Positions 1 to 11,416 of a stretch of 35,266 nucleotides of DNA are shown in pieces. Position 1 is the stretch's first letter; each line of letters begins with the position of its first letter. The stretch spans positions 1-35,266 of the forward strand of contig JAVECL010000217.1 of NCBI GenBank assembly GCA_051942245.1, read 5' to 3'. This stretch comes from Trypethelium eluteriae (taxonomy: Eukaryota). Both the position numbers and the translations under genes were made by a program. The notes beneath the pieces were generated by a model. The model made no database searches. It saw nothing but the letters and a program-made list of their open reading frames with translations, and had not been told where the DNA came from.

Positions 1-2
1 GT

Positions 3-404
3 TATGGCGGCCATCGCGCGTACGGTGGCCCTCCTTCCTTTCGTGGCAATAGCAGCAGCTCCACCACATATCCACGCACCCAGCATTTCAATAATAAGCC
101 CGAGGGCGGGACGTCACGGGCTCTTTCGAACGGAGCAGAACACCTCGCTGATTTACCTGAAATCGTGCCTGGTGGACAGAAGTTGCCGGAGGTACACGAT
201 ACAAGCAAGATCAATCGGCTCGAGGATGAGGCGAGGAAGTTGAGGGAGGCAATTGCGGAGAAGGAGGCGAAGAAGAGGCAGGGGGTGAGGGAGTGGGATC
301 GGTTGCAGAGGGAGAGCGAGACTGCGGGTCTGAAGGCAGAGTTGGCGGAAGGACATCTACGGGCATTAAATGGGGAAGATGAGAGTGGAGGGGCGGCGTT
401 CTAA
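3..404 (+). CDS. 3' end of a conserved fungal hypothetical protein with a C-terminal coiled coil (5'-truncated by the window edge)
   Basis: Frame is open from position 3 (YGGHRAYGGPPSFRGNSSSSTTYPRTQHF...) through a charged coiled coil (RLEDEARKLREAIAEKEAKKRQGVREWDRLQRES) to GGAAF-stop at 404. Confidence 0.75.
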   Translation, partial: YGGHRAYGGPPSFRGNSSSSTTYPRTQHFNNKPEGGTSRALSNGAEHLADLPEIVPGGQKLPEVHDTSKINRLEDEARKLREAIAEKEAKKRQGVREWDRLQRESETAGLKAELAEGHLRALNGEDESGGAAF

Positions 405-822
405 GGTCGCAGAGTTGAGAAGGTGTATGGGGCTTTGGTGGGTGACGGAGGGTGCCGTGCTGGCTCTGCAGTTGAGGAGTTTGGTGGTGTTATATGGAGG
501 AGTAGAGTGTCGATTTTACTCTGCAATTTGCGTATCTAGCGTGCACATTGCGGAGTGGTTCGGCATGCGCTTTCAACGTGCGCTGAGAGTGTCATATCTT
601 GAAGGGACCTCTCTCTGCACCTTATACCGAAGCAGTGCCTTAGATCAATGATGCGCTCTCATTCAAAGGGCTTGTATTCATAACTCTCTAATAGTAGACG
701 ATACATATGCTACACTCATACTTTTACAACGAGTCCCTAGCTGATCCAAAAACTCCTTGCTTGAGAAGGCGGCGACATAAATATCTCCGAGATGCAAATT
801 AGAATACTGCGTCATCCGACAG

Positions 823-1376
823 CTAAAAATCCTGCTCTTCTTGGAAAAACATAGTGAAGCTTATGATGGTGCCGTAGATCAGCAATCCACCGATTATGGA
901 CATTGCCATGGCGGGATAGGTGATTAAATAGCAATGCGCGAGCAGTACGGGTAGAGCTGTGAAGACAAGTCAGCGATCTCTCCCCCTGTATCCTCGATAG
1001 TCCACCAGATGCAGAGATATGCCATTCTCTGGATTGGAGATGAAGTGAGCACGAGACCTACCAATCCCCATCACGACCAAGAACCCGGTAAGGAATCTCC
1101 CGAAATCGATAATGCCCGTGCTGCCACTATCCATGAAGTCATCCGAGTTCTGCGCCCGGCTGCAAAGCCAGTTAGGAATTGGAGCGATAACATAGGTTGC
1201 GACGACAAGAAGGGTAAGATAGTTTTTGAAGAGGGCGGATGAGAGGATCACGAGGAGGAAACCGATTGCTAGGACCTGAACAGAAGCGTCAGACGTGTCA
1301 AGAAGCTGCAGAGACTGTTAGAGGCAAGGCGTACAAAAGAGAGAGCAATGATAGTCTTGAGGCCGGCCATAGCCAT
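823..1376 (-). CDS. VPS55: Vacuolar protein sorting 55 (OB-RGRP/Vps55 family), 3 exons
   Basis: Exons 1376-1335, 1275-1062 and 956-823 with GT-AG introns give MAMAGLKTIIALSF/VLAIGFLLVILSSALFKNYLTLLVVATYVIAPIPNW...DFGRFLTGFLVVMGI/ALPVLLAH...FFQEEQDF. Four hydrophobic segments, typical of Vps55. Confidence 0.93.
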
Positions 1377-1776
1377 GATTTAGGAGTGTTCCGCCAAGGG
1401 GGCGCTGACACAGTCGAGAGAGGCCGAGGAAAAGGAGATCAGAAACGACGCTATACCGTTCGATCCGTCAGCACGTGTGTCGGGATCTTTTCATGAGTGG
1501 AAGCGTGGGGAAATAATGGCTGAAGTGTGGGTTGGCAGGCGCTTGGTTGTTGAGGTTGACGCTGCTGAGCTCGGGCGGAACGCAGCCTGGTGGAAGGGGA
1601 GCTTCAGACGCGCGGTTGTTGCTGGCTGGAGAGCTTCGAAATCGACCTCATTTACATTCACAACCTCACGGCCGTCCCTCTCTCTCCATTACTGCTCGCA
1701 CAATCTTCCCTCTCGCCTTTGCTTCGACTTCTCTTGGCCTTCATTATCAGTTCTCAGGCCTTGTCTTGCCGCCAAA

Positions 1777-2675
1777 ATGTTTCGTAACAACTATGATAAC
1801 GATTCGGTCACCTTGTGAGGCTTACCAAGTCAATTTCTCGGTTCATGTGCACGACCTCTAACATTTTGCAGCTCACCTCAAGGGCGGATATTCCAAGTAG
1901 AATATGCGCAAGAAGCTGTGAAACAGGGTTCTGTTGTCGTCGGTATCGTGAGCAAAACACATGCCGTCCTTGCCGCATTGAAGGTAGAGTCTTTGGACTC
2001 CTTTCCTTCTCTTTTGCAATAGGAACATATCGAGCTAAGGCTTTGAATTACTAGCGAAATGCCGAAGAACTCTCATCCTACCAAAAAAAGATCATCGAAA
2101 TCGACACCCACTACGGCATCGCTCTCGCCGGCCTGGCCTCCGACGCCCGCGTACTTTCCAATTTCATGAAGCAACAATCTCTCGCATCCCGCCTGACCTA
2201 CGACCGCCCCATGCAGCTCGCCGACATCACTGCACGCATCGGCGACCGCGCCCAGATCAACACGCAACAGTACGGGAAACGGCCTTACGGCGTCGGCCTC
2301 CTCATCGCCGGCGTCGACGCTACGGGTCCACATCTCTTCGAATTCCAGCCCAGCGGCGTGACGCAGGAGATGGTGGCGTGCGGGATCGGGGCGCGCAGCC
2401 AGATGGCGCGGACGTATCTAGAGCGGAATCTGGAGCAGTTCGAGGGCAGCAATCGGGAGGAGCTAATCAGGCACGCACTGAGGGCATTGAAGGAGAGTCT
2501 AAGTCAGGATAAGGAGCTCACGGTGGATAACACGAGTTTGGGAGTCGTGGGCACGGGAGATGCAAAGGAGAGGTTTCGGTTGTTCGAGGGCACCGAGATC
2601 CAGAGTTGGTTAGAGACAACGTTTGAGAATCAGGGATCTACGCAGGAAGGGGAAGGTATGGACGTTGATAAATAA
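1777..2675 (+). CDS. PRE5: 20S proteasome subunit alpha-6 (PSMA1 type), 3 exons
   Basis: [25 protein letters not shown] alpha-subunit signature; introns 1815-1871 and 1984-2054; [14 protein letters not shown] and [13 protein letters not shown] motifs. Confidence 0.97.
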
Positions 2676-2960
2676 GAGGGAAGAGAGGTAGTATAGGAGG
2701 TCGTGTTTGAGGTGGAGTGACGTGTGGATATATGCATTCAAGGGGTTTCTTTGATGGTGATGGAAGACCCGCGGATTCCATTTCATTAGCCGGATAGCTC
2801 ACGTAATGTAGTTACTCCATAGACGACTGTAATATATTACAACGAATTGTGCGAATCAACGTGACGAGGACGGGATCCTTACAGCACACAAATGGATAAG
2901 GTATGGTCAGGTTCCTTACCTGCAGGTGGTGCATCATGAGCACGTGATGCGGCATGCTCT

Positions 2961-3038
2961 TCGCGTTCTTCCACTTTGGCCGACGCGTTTAGTCAACTGT
3001 TATTCTGTACCTCCTCTCCATCCGCCAACGCGACGCGT
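2961..3038. promoter_or_regulatory. Cluster of MCB-like (ACGCGT/ACGCGA) cell-cycle elements upstream of the CENP-W-like gene
   Basis: TCGCGT at 2961-2966, ACGCGT at 2983-2988 and overlapping ACGCGACGCGT at 3028-3038, all within 100 nt of the ATG at 3055. A CACGTG E-box lies at 2941-2946. Confidence 0.55.
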
Positions 3039-3054
3039 CAAATGAGCCTCGATC

Positions 3055-3491
3055 ATGGCGGCTTCGCAATCACTCTATCCCCGCTCCACTGTCAAGCGTA
3101 TTGTCAAAGCGCACAGCAATCGATCACTCACGAAGAACGTGGATATCATGGTAAGTTGAAGGCTTGGGCCTCTGAGTATGCTAGTGTTTACTAAATAGTA
3201 TCTTTGATAGATCTTCCTCGATTACACATTTTTCATCCAAGAGTAAGATTGGACCTCTACGCCAACTTATTGAGTGTACAATAGACTGTTAACCTGATAT
3301 AAAGCTTGATGCGAGAAGCCTCTATCTCCTCCAAGCTATCTGGCGAGCGTGGCGTTTCAGCCAAGACAATCAGAAAGGCCACAGAGGTAGATCTCTACTT
3401 TCTACACGTCCAATTCCTCGTTCACTATTGCAAACTGAGGTTGCTGATCCTTGATCATTTGTAGAATTCCTTACGGAAGTTTAAAGGCTAG
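3055..3491 (+). CDS. wip1: Small histone-fold kinetochore protein, CENP-W/Wip1-like, 4 exons, 78 aa (absent from the ORF track)
   Basis: Exons 3055-3150, 3211-3242, 3305-3386 and 3465-3491 join in phase via GT-AG introns: MAASQSLYPRSTVKRIVKAHSNRSLTKNVDIMIFLDYTFFIQDLMREASISSKLSGERGVSAKTIRKATENSLRKFKG. The PRxTVKRIVK, IFLDY and terminal L(R/K)KF(K/R)G motifs match CENP-W. Confidence 0.82.
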
Positions 3492-3673
3492 CTTCCGTAG
3501 TCCGGCACAGGCTTAACGACAAACAATTTTCCAAAAGTTGGACAAGAGAGCTAACGATGCCTTTGTATCATTGACACACTTGACCTGGGATTCCAGGGGA
3601 GAAAGAAGTCGAAAGAACTAAGTGTGCACTTGGGCCAGGAGGTATTGCGGTCGGATATTTGCCTAACCCCACC

Positions 3674-4842
3674 AGCCGACTCAAGATGAGCTTAAGGCTC
3701 CTATCGCGGACGATGCCGAGATTTGTTTACGATAACATCTAATTCTGGAGGGTATCTTGGACCTTGGCGATGATGTTTTCTTCTGCGACTTCAAATTTTC
3801 AAGGCAGTTGGAGGTACGCTAATCCGGGGCTTGGTGACTAGCGCCATATACACGTCATGAAACCTGTCGAATACTCGATTTAATGGAATCGCAGTTCGCA
3901 CCGGTACACAAGAGTGGCGGATCTCTAGCAGTCTCTTTGCCCCTCGGAGATAGCTCGCTGGACTTTTCCTATGCTATGATCATGAATTGCCTCTGCTGAG
4001 AGTGCCCGTATGGACAGAGTTTTAGGACATCGAGGGATTCCTCAGGTTCTCGAGAATTCACTTATCTTCAAATGAAAGAAACCTTTCTGTGTTCTACAAG
4101 ACATCGCCACTGCAAAAGCCGGTTCAAAGCTGGTAGAGAAGCCAGTCCCATCCGAAACAACTGATCGAGCTTTGTTCAGCATCATAGACGAGCTGAAAGC
4201 CATTTTTGCCGGAGATACCTCACCAAGGTCAGAAAATCACTGCGTAAGGCGTTGACGGCATCACGGCAATCAAGGCCACAATTCTCTCTTTCATCCCAAA
4301 TGTCGCATCCGGTCAATATGAGATATCTGATAAAAATTTCGTAACCTCCAGATCGATTCAATGAAGTCCGTTCGCGTCCGTACAAGTGGCAAAAATATGC
4401 ATACGCAATCTTGCTTGATACTAAGCCGCGAGGAATATCCTATTCATTCGGGCGTAATATTGGTCTGCGAGAGTCATGATCCGGAAACCGCACACCAAAC
4501 ATGCATAGTCTCCGGGAAAATGAGGAAATTCTCCATCAGTGCAAGGAGTACTCGGAACCTCCAGTCAGTGATTCGGTTCCGTAAACACGGCAAATATTCT
4601 TCGGCCTGGACGCTTTCTAACATAGCAGAATTTCCTCTCTTTAGTAGCTATCACGAAACCTTCCGTAAATGAAGAGCTTTCTCTGACTATTACTATCTAT
4701 CTGTAGCCGAGATCCCAAACGACGAGGAAGGGACTGACATTTCAATATCGTACACTGCATGCATTGGGTCGTTCTTCTGAGCGAAGAGCAGATAGGACTC
4801 AGAGATCTGTTGAAGGAGCTCAGAGGATCAGTGATCTATTAG
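3674..4842 (+). pseudogene. Possible decayed multi-exon gene of unknown family
   Basis: Several intron-like segments on + (e.g. GTAAAC..CTAAC.ATAG near 4581-4625; GTAAAT..CTGAC..TGTAG near 4665-4706) separate protein-like stretches broken by stops (e.g. LIFK*KKPFCVLQDIATAK...ALFSIIDELKAIFAGD). No recognisable domain. Confidence 0.2.
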
Positions 4843-5912
4843 ACCAAGCTTTCGTGACTATGAGTAGCCGACCATGACTCTAGGCTCACTGCCAGTGATG
4901 TATATAAAGAATGAGTGCCGAGAATTTGGCCTTCTCTTCTTTAACTCCAAGAGTAACATCTAATAATGGAAGCTAGTCCCTATGCCCAGTATCACGTTCG
5001 GTGCTGACATTGGATTTCGAACCTATTCAATTTTTTCTTGTCTTTGTAGTAAGCATTGCTGAATATAACTGAGAACGCTGTGTCCTCAAAATGGGAGAAT
5101 CTTTCCAGCATTCGAGACTTGCAAGAATTGGAGTAAAGTTGCCGACTCCCTAGAATGCAGTCTCATCAAAGAAATTCAGTACTGTAATGAGGAACGGCGG
5201 TACTTAGCTTCGTGCTTGAAGCTCTTGTGGACTCACAGGCCTTGTCTGACTTAGCATGGCCTTACGAACGAGCCGTGAGGTTAAGCGGCTGAACGTACTC
5301 TGCCAGATACAAATCAACGAAAATAGGAGGAGCTGCTAGGTATTTCATTCTAAGTCAGCCTCATCAGCCTATAGAGTATAGACCGGTCTCGTCGTGGTGT
5401 GGACCTCAAGTCACAATGCGAGACGCACTTTGAGTGAATTGGATATTCCAACCTCTACGAATCGACTAACAGCTCGGTCGTGGTGGTGGCACTACTAGTA
5501 ACGATACTGTTCATTGTGTTAATAGCTAATTAGTATTTCTACTAGAGTTCGCGAAGGTGCAATAGCGCAACCTTAGTGTGAATGACCTGTTGTACATGAA
5601 GTTTTGCTTGCAGGCTTCAATCGCCGCTCGAGAACGGCCGCAAGCCTCGCGAGGTCACAAATGCTCAAGGTTCGGTACGGCAACCAAAGAGTCAAATGTG
5701 AAGAGAATCGCCTAAAATGCAGACTAGAGCCTCCCTGCTTGATGCATACCTAGTAGGTAGTTCAACGCCTTCCGATGCATAGGTGTTTCCATCCATCCGC
5801 TACCGCACCATTTGCTGATATTAAACATAGAAGAACTGGAGAAATGAGACAAACAGAAAATCAGGAATTCATATGCAAATCATGGGGATGCCGCATCATA
5901 CGCAATCCATGC

Positions 5913-8380
5913 CTACTGCATATTGCCGAAGTTCATGCCTCCCATGCCTGGCAGCGGGAATCCGAAGTTGGGCACCGCTGGGCTGACACCAATCGTCTCC
6001 GCTGCGGGAGCAGGAGGGCGAGGAGACTCGCGACGAGGAGGATCTGGCTGACGGAATCGGCCGCCTCCACCGCCACCACTCGCTCCACCGCTAAAGCCAC
6101 CACGATTGCCTTGTCCACGACGAGGACCGCCATGGTCGGGACCCATGCGGCGACTGATGGCTATCAAAGACTCAAGTTAGTCTTGCGATCCACAGAAAAT
6201 GAAAGGAGAGGGAATTTAAGAATGGGGGAGTATACCTTTGGAAGAGACACCTGCTCCAATTTCGATATCCGGTTCTTCGACCACCATACCCGTCTCAATG
6301 GGTCGTCCGCCAGAGCCACCAAAGTCAGCCGTGAGCATCCATTTACGGTCTGCGTCAGTGAGGCGACTGATGGGAATGACACTAATGCCAGTGTTGTAGT
6401 CGGAGCAATCACGAGGACCGAAGCCGACACCCCAACGTGTTTGGCGAGCTTTGCTGATGATGTTGGGATCCTTATTATTCTCCATACCTCCCTTTGCAGC
6501 GACGGCATCTTTGCGACTGGCCATTTTCACAAAAGCATGGCGTTTGTCAAGATTGACAATCACGGTCTGGACTTGGCCGAATTGGGAGAAGATATTGCGC
6601 AGTTCTGATTCTGTGCCTGCGGCACCACCAACGAAGAGAGTTCGGCTGTGTACTTTGATACTGCCCTCTGGAAGGGAGTCATCGTATTCAACCCACTTGA
6701 GAGCCTGGTTGTTCTTGGGGGCAATGTTACCAGGGGGGGGACTGCGCTGACGATACTTATCACGTCCGCCTCGGCCTCTATCTCGCCCACGACGGTCATC
6801 TAAATTGTCGTTCCGGACAGCATCGGGATCGTACTCTCCATATACTGGACTATCGCGTCGATTGATGCCACCGCCTCGACGATAATCGGGAGAACGGCTC
6901 CGAGAGCGGTAGTCTCGATCACGTGACGGTTCCCACCCAGAAACGCCTGGAGCCGAAGCATTAGTAACATATGAGGGGTGGGCTGGAGGAGCTGCTGGAG
7001 GAGCTACTGGAGCGGAGGCAGATGAGCCATTGCCAACGGCGGTCAGTGCTTGTAAAATCTGTTCCTGGGAATAGCCATGAGCAAGAAGAGCCTGTAAGAG
7101 TTGTGCCTGCAAAACGTTCTGAGCTCCACCGCTAGCAACAGCAGATAAAGACACAGAAGGATTTGGTTGAGGATATGCGAGAGTCTGCGAGCCTGCACCG
7201 GTTGAAAACGCACTCATCAGTGAAGCTGTTTGGTTAGATCCAGCGACCGGAGGATTCGTTCCATACGCATTAAAAGGCGGCGGTTGAAGAGCAGGTTGCT
7301 GCTGTGTGGGAATGTAAGTATTCTGAGAAGTCGAAAGACTTGGCGTGCTCGAAAGTGGTGCTGGCTGTTGTGGTTGCTGGACTGGCGTGGATTGAACTCC
7401 GAAGTTTGCTAAAGCAGCCAAAATGGAAGAGGTATCCTGGGGAGGCGGTGCTTGAGCACTAGACTGCGTCTGAGGCGCAGCTTGCGACGGAATTGTGCCG
7501 CCGAAGTGACCGTTCTGCTGTGAAGCAAGCGTGCCCAATACATTTGGCGGTGGACTACCATCTGGAGTAAAGGAGCGGGCGTCTACGAGCAAGCAAACAT
7601 TGTTAGAACTGAACATGCTCAAACCACGCTCCGGTGCCTGTTTGCTTTTTCAAGGAATCTTACTCTGAGTAGATGCATTCAGCTTCTGCTTCAAGCCTGA
7701 CAGCATTTCCGACGGAAATGTATGGCTTCGTTCCCAAATGTCAAGGAGTTTGGAGATTTTTTCCTACCAAATCGAGTAAGTCATCTGCAAATCTTTACTG
7801 TGCATCTGTGCATGAACTTGGTAAATCTTATAATGTCCAGAGCAGCGGCAGGGATCGGATCATTTGTGTTGCATACACACCCTGCCAATTCTGCACTAGA
7901 GGTGGAGATGATAATCTTCTATTCAATATCATGGGTACTAACCTTTTGATCTGCTGGAGCAACTTGAAAGAGTTCATTCATCAAGGCAGGCATTAGCTCG
8001 GTGATTCTACGCACTCCGGCGGCATAAGTACCATCCCCAGCGGAACTACTTGCGAGATCTTGACCTGCGTGACGGGCTTCTTCTATCCATTTGCGCGTCA
8101 CAGAATCTACCACGTAAAGGATGCCTAGCTTATGGGTTGCTGCAGTTTTCTTGAAATGGGTGTAAATCTTCTGAATTAAGGCGGATTCGGCCTAGAAGGT
8201 CGCGCTCGGGATCAGCATCTCGATTGGGTTTTCGGCGTGACCTCCACGTTCATTAATGCTTACCTGCACTTGATCGATGCACAGTTTGGTAATGGCTTCA
8301 ACTTTCGCACCGGATACGCCAGGTGGTTTGCGAGCCTGCAACGCCTGCAAATGTCCATCTAGATCTTCGACTGGAGGCAT
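5913..8380 (-). CDS. NRD1: Nrd1/Seb1-type RNA polymerase II CTD-interacting (CID) + RRM RNA-binding protein, 5 exons
   Basis: Exons 8380-8264, 8191-7943, 7763-7664, 7582-6236 and 6160-5913. N-terminal CID (KPPGVSGAKV, HKLGILYVVDSVTR, KLLDIWER), RS/RD-rich segment, split RRM (IKVHSRTLFVGG, KRHAFVKM, RWGVGFGPRDCSDY, VEEPDIEIGAGVSSKAISRR). Confidence 0.95.
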
Positions 8381-9571
8381 AATTACTGTGCTACCGAAAC
8401 TCCTGGAATATTGACTTGGATGAAGCTAAAAAAAAAAAAAAATCCGGCTTGCGCACAGAAGGGGGAAGGTACTATTGTGGTGTTCTGGATTGTCGGTCTT
8501 CTACTTTATGGACAAGTCGCACTTCAGAATTGAAGAGATACTATTGTGAAGTGACAAGAAGGCCGCAGACAGCCAAGTTACTGGCTGGAGGCAATTTTGT
8601 CAACCAAGCGTATGCACGTATGGTGACTCAGGAAGCCACACACGCGACGAGTCCCCAAGTATATAGTATGTCGCAGCGAAGTATTGCCTATTCTCAAGTC
8701 TCCTCTGCCCAAATGATTAAGGTAGGGCTGTATGCAAAGAGGTGAAGGCTTGTTGAGTCTACGGACGCAAATCCAGCAGATAGGGTGAAATGACTGTCCC
8801 GGTATGATGCGCCCGCAACAACTGGCGAAGCGACCGCAAAGTCCAGATACAGTGCGCCAAGGAAACTCCGAAGCTCTCCAGAGATGAGATGAACAGCTTC
8901 GATGGCGGAAGTAGTGCTGATGGATGGAGGGTTGGTGATTGAAGTTGAAGGAAGAAGTTGAGCGACTGGTGGGAAACCCGAGTTTTTAAGGGTCCGCCAG
9001 GCCACTCTCGCCCGGGCGCCGAGGGGTCTGGTCACGGGATTTGTGCAGCTGAGCTGCGAGCTGGAGATCACCGGGCAACTACCTAGGTAGGAGCTAGTAG
9101 AATCCCAAGCAACGCGAATCTGACCGCTTCGGCTGAGTAGATATTGAGTGAAGCCGTGGGGCTGAGAGATGCGAGTGTAGTACTGACGACGCGACGGATG
9201 CCGAGATAATGACGAGGAGGCTCAAAGAAGTGGTGGAGTTAGAAGGATGTACGCGTTGAGTGGAAATGCGTACGGAGGAGGTGGTGGATGAGGGTTGCAG
9301 GTGTGATCGGAAAGTGAAGAAGCTTCCCACCCTTCTGTGCCTTCCCTCGGTCTCTGTTCAACGCGCCGGGGGCCCGTGCGTCTCAACCGGATCCACGGGC
9401 GTGCGCACTGACCTCATCGCTCCCTCAATCGCCGAAGATGGCGTGGCGTGCGTGCATAGTTCGGACAGCTTAATTCTTTCTTTTCGTCGCTTCGGCCTTC
9501 CAAACCATACGCTACATACATTAACGACGCTCCCATTCCATACAAAATCCTCTCAATTCCTCGCACCCGTC

Positions 9572-11282
9572 ATGGCCGCAGCTTTGCGATTCGTCAGCCC
9601 GGCTCTGCGCTCTTCGATGAGTTTTAACCCAGCCGTTTCTCCTCTGCGAACAGCAGCTTTCAATGGCCTTCGCTGCTATTCCGCCAAGTCGCAGGTATAC
9701 GCATCCGGATAACTTCAGCCAACCCCGACTAATGGAGCTGTTCAGTCCCTCAAAGAGACCTTTGCAGCAAAGATCCCTGGTGAAGTCGAGAAGATCAAGA
9801 AGCTCCGAAAGTAAGCATTTCCTGCCAGCCCCATGCACTATCTATCAGAAAAAAAAAAAATGCTGATAGAGCTTGCAATTAGGGATTACGGGTCGAAGAG
9901 TGTCGGCGAAGTCACTTTAGATCAAGTCTACGGTGGAGCTCGTGGTATCAAGTCTCTCGTCTGGGAAGTCAGTACTCGCACAGCAGCACTGATGGGTACG
10001 GACGCAGCTGACATAGCTCGTAGGGCTCCGTACTTGACTCCGAAGAAGGCATTAGATTTCGCGGCAAGACTGTATGATACACGTTGTTCGTTGTTTGCTA
10101 TTTCCTAGCTAAAGTCTAACCAGATTCCGGAATGCCAACAACTCCTCCCCAAGGCTCCTGGCGGCGAAGAGCCTTTGCCAGAAGGTCCGTAACTCTCGCT
10201 GTCCGCATATGAATCGTGACTGATGCCAGGTTTTAGGCCTCTTTTGGCTCCTTCTCACTGGTGAGGTTCCTTCCGAACAGCAAGTCCGTGAGCTTTCTGC
10301 AGAATGGGCTGCGCGTTCCGATGTCCCCAAATTCGTGGAAGAACTCATCGATCGTTGTCCAAGCGACCTCCACCCAATGGCGCAATTCTCATTGGCAGTC
10401 ACTGCGCTAGAGCATGAGTCTGCATTTGCCAAGGCATACGCAAAGGGCATGGCAAAGGCCGAGTATTGGCAACATACCTTTGAGGATTCTATGGACCTCA
10501 TCGCTAAGCTGCCAACCATCGCGGCTCGTATCTATCGCAACATCTACAAGGACGGCAAGGTGCCGGCTGTTCAGAAGGACAAGGATTACGGCTACAATCT
10601 AGCTAACCAGCTTGGCTTCGCTGATAACCAGGACTTTGTCGAGCTGATGCGTCTGTACCTGACCATCCATTCCGATCACGAGGGTGGTAATGTCAGCGCT
10701 CATACCACCCACTTGGTTGGCAGTGCATTGAGTTCTCCTTACCTGTCACTGGCTGCTGGCCTCAACGGTCTCGCTGGACCCCTCCACGGTCTTGCCAATC
10801 AGGAAGTGCTGAACTGGCTCACGAAGATGAAGAAGGCCGTCGGCAACGATCTCAGCGACGAGTCTATCAAGAACTATCTGTGGTCCACACTTAAGGCCGG
10901 TCAAGTCGTCCCGGGCTACGGCCACGCTGTTCTCCGTAAGACCGACCCTCGCTACGTCTCTCAGCGCGAGTTTGCCCAGAAGAAGCTCCCCGACGACCCA
11001 ATGTTCAAGCTCGTCAGTCAGGTCTACAAGATTGCTCCCGGCGTCCTCACCGAGCACGGCAAGACCAAGAACCCCTACCCCAACGTCGACGCTCACTCCG
11101 GTGTTCTCCTCCAGTACTACGGCCTCACCGAGCAGAACTTCTACACAGTCCTCTTCGGTGTCTCTCGTGCTCTGGGGGTCCTACCTCAGCTCATCATTGA
11201 CCGTGCCGTGGGTGCGCCGATTGAGAGGCCCAAATCTTTTAGCACCGACGCCTGGGCAAAGCTTGTGGGTGCGAAGTTGTGA
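9572..11282 (+). CDS. CIT1: Mitochondrial citrate synthase with C-terminal AKL, 6 exons
   Basis: Arg/Ser/Ala-rich presequence [15 protein letters not shown]; five GT-AG introns between 9695 and 10236; catalytic motifs [35 protein letters not shown] and PNVDAHSG. Confidence 0.98.
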
Positions 11283-11385
11283 ACCACTTAGGGAGCTTGT
11301 AATCAATTGGACAGCTAGCGTTTCCATGTACATCACAACTAGGGTTAATGGCTGAGAAGCTGACTAGACCGCGCTGCTCTTTTGT

Positions 11386-11387
<2 letters not shown>

Positions 11388-11416
<29 letters not shown>
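11388..11416 (+). repeat. Poly(T) homopolymer (29 nt) in the CIT1 3' region
   Basis: Uninterrupted T run ~105 nt after the CIT1 stop codon. Confidence 0.9.

Noticed and set aside
5011..5024. GGTTCGAAATCC (minus strand) resembling a tRNA B box
   Set aside because: Flanks do not form a T-stem, and no cloverleaf or A box is evident.
5775..6608. 277-aa plus-strand ORF
   Set aside because: Antisense shadow of the NRD1 RRM exons; no recognisable motif.
7764..7942. TPP riboswitch as an explanation for the structured NRD1 intron
   Set aside because: Lacks the CUGAGA and downstream conserved TPP aptamer motifs, and the gene is unrelated to thiamine.
9078..9089. Perfect 12-bp palindrome CTACCTAGGTAG
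   Set aside because: TAGGTA/TACCTA-type words are common in fungal intergenic DNA; no supporting context.
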